Shown here: piece by piece, positions 57,762-64,000 of the stretch
Numbering within the stretch: the first letter of the stretch is position 1
How the letters are laid out: each line of letters begins with the position of its first letter
Assembly (NCBI GenBank): GCA_040388985.1
Contig: JAZKAU010000002.1
Coordinates: 247,642 to 311,641 of the forward strand
Source of the DNA: Patescibacteria group bacterium
GTDB lineage: Bacteria; Patescibacteriota; Minisyncoccia; Phycocordibacterales; Phycocordibacteraceae
Length of the DNA stretch: 64,000 nt
Direction: 5' to 3'
Translations under genes and position numbers: made by a program
The notes under the pieces: model-generated
Told to the model about the DNA's origin: nothing
What the model saw: the letters and a program-made list of their open reading frames with translations, nothing else
Database searches by the model: none

Positions 57762-59066
57762 ATGCTTGCCATGGTGCTCTTGGTCGGTGTCGTTGGATTC
57801 GTCTCGATCTTTGCCGCAGGGGGAATCAAGAATCTCGTAGCGCTCGGCGGACCTCAGGTGGCAGCTGCAGCTTCATCTGACCTGTCATCGGCCGCTAATT
57901 TCGGTGTCCTTGCCGGTTCAGCTATAAGTGATGCGGGCGGTAGTACCGTAGTGGGAGATCTGGGACTCTCGCCGACGACCGGTGCAGCCATTACGGGAAT
58001 ATTGGCTGCGCAAGTAACGGGCACCATATATGATGTTGACGGCACGGGTCCGCTCGGAACCGTCCAGAATCCTGGACTCTTGACTGTCGCTCAGAGCGAC
58101 CTCTCCAGCGCCTACAATGCTATTGCCAGCCAGACTCTGGATGCGAGCATCTCTGGAATCGGCGGCGGGCAGACACTGACTCCCGGCGTCTATAATTCGG
58201 CATCTTCCATCTCATTCAACGGGTCGCTCACGCTTGATGCGGGTGGCGACGCTAATGCGGTCTTCATATTCCAAGCAGGCTCGACGCTTACGACCGGTTC
58301 CGCAAGCACTGTCATCTTGGCGGGCAACGCCCAGGCTTGCAACGTATTCTGGCAGGTCGGAAGCTCCGCGACGCTTGGTACCGGCTCTACGTTCAAGGGG
58401 ACCATACTGGCGATGGATTCGATCACGGATAACGGCGGTTCCACCGTTGAAGGACGGCTCCTCGCGAGGAATGCTGCAGTTAGTTTAAATAATACACACA
58501 TTGTAGTACCTGGTTGCTCACATCCTCCGGCCTTCGCTACCTTGCACATCATAAAAGTAATCGCGAACACCAACGGTACGGGTACGTCGACTCCATCGGA
58601 TTTCATGCTTCACGTCCTTCACTCCGGTACTGATGTCGTTGGGAGCCCGCAGGTCGGTAGTACGTCACCGGGCACATCGTACTCAGTCGCCGCCGGCTCC
58701 TACACGGTAACCGAAGACCCAGGTGCCCTCTATACGCAGAGTTTCAGCGGTGATTGCGACGCGACCGGCGCGGTTACGCTTGCCGCAGGCGCTTCTAAGA
58801 ATTGTACGGTTACGAATACCGATATCGCCGCACTTTCGACGTCGACTCCTTCAACTCCCTCGACTTCTACTCCCCCGACGTCCGATGTAGGTACTTCAGG
58901 TGGGGGAGGGCACCGCCGACCTGTATCCGAGTCGATACCAACTGCTACGACGACCCCAGTCACCTCTGTCACTACAGATACGGCTCCAACTACGTCGACA
59001 CCGGTCTACTATCCCGTCACTTCGCCCAGCTTCCCGGACACGGGATTCCCGCCTCGAGGAAAGTAG
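57762..59066 (+). CDS. Ice-binding-like (DUF3494) surface protein with an FPDTG motif
   Basis: TLTPGVY, LTLDAGGDANAVFIFQ, AQACNVFWQVGSSATLG, GRLLA; Ig-like domain; S/T/P linker. Confidence 0.88.
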   Translation: MLAMVLLVGVVGFVSIFAAGGIKNLVALGGPQVAAAASSDLSSAANFGVLAGSAISDAGGSTVVGDLGLSPTTGAAITGILAAQVTGTIYDVDGTGPLGTVQNPGLLTVAQSDLSSAYNAIASQTLDASISGIGGGQTLTPGVYNSASSISFNGSLTLDAGGDANAVFIFQAGSTLTTGSASTVILAGNAQACNVFWQVGSSATLGTGSTFKGTILAMDSITDNGGSTVEGRLLARNAAVSLNNTHIVVPGCSHPPAFATLHIIKVIANTNGTGTSTPSDFMLHVLHSGTDVVGSPQVGSTSPGTSYSVAAGSYTVTEDPGALYTQSFSGDCDATGAVTLAAGASKNCTVTNTDIAALSTSTPSTPSTSTPPTSDVGTSGGGGHRRPVSESIPTATTTPVTSVTTDTAPTTSTPVYYPVTSPSFPDTGFPPRGK

Positions 59067-59074
59067 CTAATGCA

Positions 59075-59677
59075 ATGCTCTTGAATGTACGGCCACTATA
59101 CGCAAGGGCTACCCTAGTAGTCGCAGGAGTACTCATTTGCTCGGCTCTTGTCTTCATCGCGCACGGATTATTTCACACCCGCGCCTCGGGAATAGGACCC
59201 CTATCGTTCGCGACCCTATTGGGTCAGCTCAGGTCACAACCACCTAGTCGTCTCATCATTCCGAAGATACAGGTCAATGCACCCGTTGAAAGTATCGGAC
59301 TAACGGCTGCAGGAGCACTGGGTGTCCCGGTGAAGCCTCGAGATGCCGCTTGGTCGAGTGCCGGGCCCCTGCCTGGAGCACCAGGTGTAGCCATTATTAC
59401 TGGACACTTCGGATGGAAGGAGGATGTCCCGGCAGTATTTGATGACCTGCACACTTTGCAGATAGGAGATAGGATATATCTCGAAAATAGTATCGGCATT
59501 ACCACGACGTTCGTCGTGCGTGCCGTACGGTCATACGGCGAACACGACAGTACGACGGGATTGTTTATATCTGACGATGGTCAAGCGCATCTCAGCCTCA
59601 TCACCTGCGATGGCGACTGGAACGCGCTTGAAAAGAGCTACTCAAGACGGCTCGTCGTCTTTGCGGATAAGGAATAA
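59075..59677 (+). CDS. Class F sortase
   Basis: TM, RLIIPKI, GPLPGAPGVAIITGH (His), LITC (Cys), RLVV (Arg). ATG at 59075 is preferred over 58802. Confidence 0.88.
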   Translation: MLLNVRPLYARATLVVAGVLICSALVFIAHGLFHTRASGIGPLSFATLLGQLRSQPPSRLIIPKIQVNAPVESIGLTAAGALGVPVKPRDAAWSSAGPLPGAPGVAIITGHFGWKEDVPAVFDDLHTLQIGDRIYLENSIGITTTFVVRAVRSYGEHDSTTGLFISDDGQAHLSLITCDGDWNALEKSYSRRLVVFADKE

Positions 59678-59746
59678 TAGCAGCACGAGCGAGAGACTTC
59701 CGACGGGAGAGTGATAGAATATAGCCATTATTCCTCACATTTTCCT

Positions 59747-60241
59747 ATGAAAATATCGACGATACTCACCACCATCGTAGCTATTGCAATCATCGCGGGG
59801 GTTGTCTGGTATCTGGCACGGCCTGCAGGCGTGCCGACCTATACGCCGGACACCTCGTCTCCGACTTCAGCCTTGCCAACGACGCAGACAAGCGTTCAGT
59901 CGACGACCACCACTACGACCGTCACTCCGGCCGCGCAGACCGGAGCAAAGATAGTACCGGCTCCTAAGAGCTTCGCCGTGAACGGCAATGATGCGACTGC
60001 GGACGTGAAGACCATTACGGTCGCAGCCGGAACTCCCGTTACTATCACGTTCGGCGCGGACGCCGGAACTACCTATCACGGCGGTCTCGACTTCCGCAGT
60101 TCGATCGTTTCTACCGGCACCATCGCTCCGGGAAGCACAAAGAGCGTATCGTTCACTGCGACTCACTCGTTCTCCTTCACCCCGTACTGGCCGGCGACGA
60201 ATATCGCGAAGCCGTATACGATTGATGTTGTCGTTAAATAA
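59747..60241 (+). CDS. Membrane-anchored hypothetical protein (cupredoxin-like fold)
   Basis: TM, Thr-rich linker, ITVAAGTPVTITF...IAPGSTKSVSFT. Confidence 0.65.
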   Translation: MKISTILTTIVAIAIIAGVVWYLARPAGVPTYTPDTSSPTSALPTTQTSVQSTTTTTTVTPAAQTGAKIVPAPKSFAVNGNDATADVKTITVAAGTPVTITFGADAGTTYHGGLDFRSSIVSTGTIAPGSTKSVSFTATHSFSFTPYWPATNIAKPYTIDVVVK

Positions 60242-60250
60242 GAGATAGTA

Positions 60251-60309
60251 GAAGAACACAAAAGAAACAGGGCCCGCCGAAGGCGGGCCCTGTTTCTTTT
60301 GTGTTCTTC
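60251..60309. terminator. Long perfect hairpin between convergent genes
   Basis: 28-bp perfect inverted repeat with a GAA loop. Confidence 0.7.
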
Positions 60310-60318
60310 GAAACGAGA

Positions 60319-60543
60319 TTACTTCGAGCCGCACATCCGGCACGCCTGCTTGTGGTTGACGAGGAGATAAAGCGCCGAAAGTCCGACGAGAACGTAGACG
60401 ATCCATTCGACTACCGGTGCTGATCCGAGGATCATGTGTACGACGTTCCAGTCGCCGCCTGCGAAGCCGCCGAGGCCGATGAGTCCCCAGTTGAGGCCGC
60501 CGATGATGAGTAATATGAACGAGATCATGTGGAGTGCTTTCAT
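60319..60543 (-). CDS. DUF378 family small membrane protein
   Basis: LLIIGGLNWGLIG, IVYVLVGLSALY. Confidence 0.88.
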   Translation of the reverse strand: MKALHMISFILLIIGGLNWGLIGLGGFAGGDWNVVHMILGSAPVVEWIVYVLVGLSALYLLVNHKQACRMCGSK

Positions 60544-60718
60544 GTAGTGAAGGGCAAGCGATAGTGGTTACTAATAGTGCTGCCGCTCCCATAAGTATCG
60601 CTCCTTTGCGTCAAATGAAAAGGAGCGTACGTGCGTAAGTCCGAGCCCTCCGGACCGTCTCAATTGTAGTAGAATTACCATAGTAACTGGTTTGTTTCAC
60701 TAGCTCACCACCCATCAC

Positions 60719-61789
60719 ATGGCCAATACCTCTATTGTTCGTTTTGGCAGCGCATTCCTGCTCATACTACTATTGGCTGCGTCCGCAGGCGTGCCTGCGG
60801 CGCATGCCGCTACGCGTACTAACCGTACGAATCCGTACTTCAACTACTGGACAGGTACCTCTGAAGGCGGGGTCAGCAGTACGACGCTTGATCGCGGCAC
60901 AAGCCGCCGGGGCATGAGTTCGGCGATGATGAAAGCCATAGCCGCGCTCGACAAGGATCCTGTAGAACAGCTGCCGATACCGGTACTGCTCGGCGTCCCG
61001 CTCTCAAGCATCTCCCCTAACTTCGGTGATCCGCGTGATGGCGGCGCCCGTACGCACGAAGGTGAGGATATCCTTGCCCCACTCGACGATTACATCGTTT
61101 CCCCCACCGATGCAGTGGTCACCTCGACGGGCAATGGAGTAAGCGCCGGCAATTATGTCTATACGGCGAACCCGGGCGGCGAGACCTATGCTTACATGCA
61201 TCTCGATAAGTTCGCGAAGAATCTGAAAGTCGGTACGGTCCTTACGGAAGGCGATCTCATCGGCTATGTCGGCAACACGGGCGACGCTGCTGGAGGTCCG
61301 ACGCATCTCCACTTCGAGATTCGCGACGGTAAAACAGCCACCGACCCGTTCCCGCGCCTTGCGCGCGAGTTCACGCTCAGCGAGCGTATCGATGCGGTGA
61401 CAACAGCGCTGAAGGGTGCAGATGACGAAGATGCCGACGCGCAGACGCTCGTTGCAAATTACCGTCCTACCTTCCTCGCTGCGCGCGCCGCAGGTACCAA
61501 GCTCCCGTCATCCATAGAGGACGCGCTCGGCAAGCCCGCGGTGATCACGTCCGGAAGTTTCGCGCGCGACCTCACCATAGGCTCGCGCGGCGATGACGTT
61601 GCTGCGCTCCAGCAGATACTTATCGCAAGCGCGAGCGGGCCGCAGGCAAGCGCGCTCGCTACCGCCGGCGCCACCGGGTACTTCGGTGCGCTCACGCAGG
61701 CGGCGCTCGCCGAATATCAGGCCGCCCATGGCATCAGTCCGGCAGCCGGCTACTTCGGCCCGCTTACGCGTGCACGGATAGTCGCATAG
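60719..61789 (+). CDS. Secreted M23 peptidase with a C-terminal peptidoglycan-binding domain
   Basis: HEGED (HxxxD), YMHL, GNTG, HLHFEI, RDLTIG...GYFGPLTRA. Confidence 0.9.
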   Translation: MANTSIVRFGSAFLLILLLAASAGVPAAHAATRTNRTNPYFNYWTGTSEGGVSSTTLDRGTSRRGMSSAMMKAIAALDKDPVEQLPIPVLLGVPLSSISPNFGDPRDGGARTHEGEDILAPLDDYIVSPTDAVVTSTGNGVSAGNYVYTANPGGETYAYMHLDKFAKNLKVGTVLTEGDLIGYVGNTGDAAGGPTHLHFEIRDGKTATDPFPRLAREFTLSERIDAVTTALKGADDEDADAQTLVANYRPTFLAARAAGTKLPSSIEDALGKPAVITSGSFARDLTIGSRGDDVAALQQILIASASGPQASALATAGATGYFGALTQAALAEYQAAHGISPAAGYFGPLTRARIVA

Positions 61790-61863
61790 CGCGACGCCTC
61801 GGCTGAATCGTGCCAGCTACCGTATCTTAAGGCACGGCTAGCTAGAAGGAGTATGATAGGGAA

Positions 61864-63162
61864 GTGTTTTCTACTCTGCGCACATTCGCTCACGGTCACG
61901 TCCGCCTGCTCGCCGTTCTGGCATGTATCGGCATACTCGCCGTCGCATTCTTCTTCTATGTCGCGCTCTTCGTCCATACCGGGACGCCGGCCCCGATCTC
62001 GCTAGATGGAGAACTCGTAGCGGGTACGCCCGGCTTCGTGAAGACCTTCTCGAACGTGACCAATAGCCCTATCGAGCAGGGAAGCCCGGTAAGCATACTT
62101 AATAACGGCGCGGCCTTCGTTCCGGACTTGATCACGGAGATACAGCACGCATCAAGCACCATCGATTTCAGTACCTATATATGGGAGGACGGCACCTTCA
62201 GCGTACGCGTGCTTGAGGCGCTTACGGCTGCGGCGCGGCGCGGCGTCGTCGTCCGACTCCTCTTGGATGGCATCTCAGGCAGTCCTCCGGAGAAAGAGCG
62301 CGCAGAGCTCGTGACCGCCGGCGGGCATGCCGCAGTCTTCCACTCCGTCTTTGATGATCCGTTCTCAGCCGATAATCGCAATCATCGCCGGGCCATCGTC
62401 ATAGATAATCGCGTCGGCTATATCGGCGGCATAGCTATTGCTGACTCGTGGCTCGGGAACGGCAAGAAGAAGGACGAATGGCGCGATACAATGTTCAAGC
62501 TCACCGGCACGATGGCGCAGAGCCTCGACCGCTCCTTCGTCGACCAATGGCTCGACACGACGGGAGAGATCATCACGGCCCCTCAACCGGTCTCGAATGT
62601 CGCACCCCCTACCAATACCTTCGTCGAAGTCGTGGGGTCAGCAGGTGATAAGAACCGGCCTATAGCAGCAAGCTTCTTACTCACTGCGTTATCTGCGCAG
62701 AAGTCCCTCTACATCACGAATCCGTATGTATTTCCGGATAATGCGCTCCGTGATGTGCTCGAAGAGAAGGCGAAGAGCGGGGTAGACGTGCGCATCCTCG
62801 TTCCGGGCCCTAACACTGACGGACCGGTCGTCCGCTGGGCCTCGCAATATTATTATCAGGATCTCCTCGACGCTGGCGTACGGATATACGAGTATCAGCC
62901 CACGCTCATGCATGAGAAGGCCATGGTTGCCGACGGCGTCTGGTCCCTTATAGGTTCCGCGAATATCGATAACCGTTCGGCAGAGCTGAACGACGAGAAC
63001 GTGATGGGCATACAAGATCCGTCGCTCGCGCATGCGCTTGTCGATACGTTCAATAGCGATCTCAAGAACTCAGCAGAGATAGGCGCGGACGCATGGCGCC
63101 ACCGGAGCATCCTTCACAGAGTCCTCTCCTGGGTCATGAGCATCCCGTTCAAGCAGTACTAA
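61864..63162 (+). CDS. Cardiolipin-synthase-like phospholipase D
   Basis: HRRAIVID and HEKAMVAD motifs, GSANIDNRS, TNPYVFP. Confidence 0.88.
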   Translation: MFSTLRTFAHGHVRLLAVLACIGILAVAFFFYVALFVHTGTPAPISLDGELVAGTPGFVKTFSNVTNSPIEQGSPVSILNNGAAFVPDLITEIQHASSTIDFSTYIWEDGTFSVRVLEALTAAARRGVVVRLLLDGISGSPPEKERAELVTAGGHAAVFHSVFDDPFSADNRNHRRAIVIDNRVGYIGGIAIADSWLGNGKKKDEWRDTMFKLTGTMAQSLDRSFVDQWLDTTGEIITAPQPVSNVAPPTNTFVEVVGSAGDKNRPIAASFLLTALSAQKSLYITNPYVFPDNALRDVLEEKAKSGVDVRILVPGPNTDGPVVRWASQYYYQDLLDAGVRIYEYQPTLMHEKAMVADGVWSLIGSANIDNRSAELNDENVMGIQDPSLAHALVDTFNSDLKNSAEIGADAWRHRSILHRVLSWVMSIPFKQY

Positions 63163-63176
63163 GATCGAGAAGAGGG

Positions 63177-63692
63177 CTACGGAGCCCGCGGCGAGAGCCG
63201 TCGCTTCGCGATGCGCCATTCGCGCGCGATAGAGTAGACCACGACGAGATCAAAGAGCGTGATACCGATAACGAAGATCGAATGCGCGATCGCTATCTGA
63301 TAGGCCTGATAGACGATGAAGGCACCGAGCACGATAAGCGAGACCGGATACGCCCAAAGCTTGCTCCTAAGGAGTCCCCAGACCAGCAAGCATTTGATGA
63401 GCCCGCGTGCGAGCAGATAGAGCGCCACGAACAGAGCTGCGCCGCTCCCGAAGCGGGTAAGCTCGCCGAGAATACGGATGATAAGCGGATTATCCGCATA
63501 TCCGAGCAGCCACGTGCCGGTGCCTTGCACGACACGGATGATGAGATCTTCCGGAATGGCGAGCAATACCAGGCCCGTGACGACTTCGGCAAGCGATATG
63601 ACGCCTTTGATGATGACGCTCCATTTGAAGAGCACATAGAGCGATCGCTCGTTCTCCCTGTGTTCCATCTTCACCGATTCATGCGCATCCAT
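63177..63692 (-). CDS. DUF2127-like membrane protein
   Basis: KGVISLAEV, LWAYP, FIVYQ, EWR. Confidence 0.78.
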   Translation of the reverse strand: MDAHESVKMEHRENERSLYVLFKWSVIIKGVISLAEVVTGLVLLAIPEDLIIRVVQGTGTWLLGYADNPLIIRILGELTRFGSGAALFVALYLLARGLIKCLLVWGLLRSKLWAYPVSLIVLGAFIVYQAYQIAIAHSIFVIGITLFDLVVVYSIAREWRIAKRRLSPRAP

Positions 63693-63759
63693 ATATAGGT
63701 ACTGTAGCAGACCTAAGTCGATCTGAATCACTTCGGACACGTGGTAAAATAACGCTTCT

Positions 63760-64000
63760 ATGATTCTGCAAGAGAAGAAGCCGATCCGCGCTTGGCCCGT
63801 AATCAGGGCCTACCTTAAGGCGATACGCAAATACCCAGCCCTTCTCGTAGGGGTATTCGTCTCAAGCATGATTCTGGAGGGCGCATCGATCATCGCACCG
63901 CTGTATCTGCGGGATCTTATCGATACTCTTTCTATCGGAGCGCGGACTCCGGGAGTCGTCTCGGTTCTGCTCGCTATCTTAGTGGTCTTTGCCGTGGTCA
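63760..64000 (+). CDS. Partial CDS, probable ABC transporter ATP-binding/permease N-terminus
   Basis: Open frame to the window end: MILQEKK...IIAPLYLRDLID; TAAAAT upstream. Confidence 0.6.
   Translation, partial: MILQEKKPIRAWPVIRAYLKAIRKYPALLVGVFVSSMILEGASIIAPLYLRDLIDTLSIGARTPGVVSVLLAILVVFAVV

Noticed and set aside
58802-59074. N-terminal extension of the sortase, or a frameshift fusion with the ice-binding gene
   Set aside because: The extension overlaps the S/T/P linker in another frame, no slippery site is evident, and ATG 59075 gives a normal TM-sortase.

Overview
Bacterial chromosome segment whose gene style points to Patescibacteria/CPR, Parcubacteria-like (inference from the type IV pilus locus layout, repeated C-terminal peptidoglycan-binding modules, a tRNA-adjacent HTH/LAGLIDADG-like ORF, and -10 boxes placed just before start codons). 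Housekeeping genes include ftsH, recG, malic enzyme, thrC, ligA, gatC-gatA, a Glu/Leu dehydrogenase and a cardiolipin-synthase-like PLD. The window also holds a complete type IV pilus/competence locus (22.5-36.3 kb), several large secreted cell-wall-binding proteins, an ECF sigma/FMN-binding/ApbE/RnfD-FNR flavinylation module, and an ice-binding-like protein next to a class F sortase. There are three tRNA genes: Ile(UAU), Ser(GCU) and an initiator-type Met(CAU) that is split by a 267-nt group I intron (40988-41254) and has no counterpart in the ORF track. Other non-coding signals: a stand-alone promoter-hairpin-terminator unit (about 11735-11872), tRNA-3'-end-like sites bracketing AT-rich orphan genes (5.4-7.0 kb and 10.9-11.7 kb), several palindromic intergenic elements inside the pilus locus, a 119-nt perfectly identical block shared by two pilins, and a 44-bp palindromic direct repeat pair. 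All calls were made by eye; no database searches were run.
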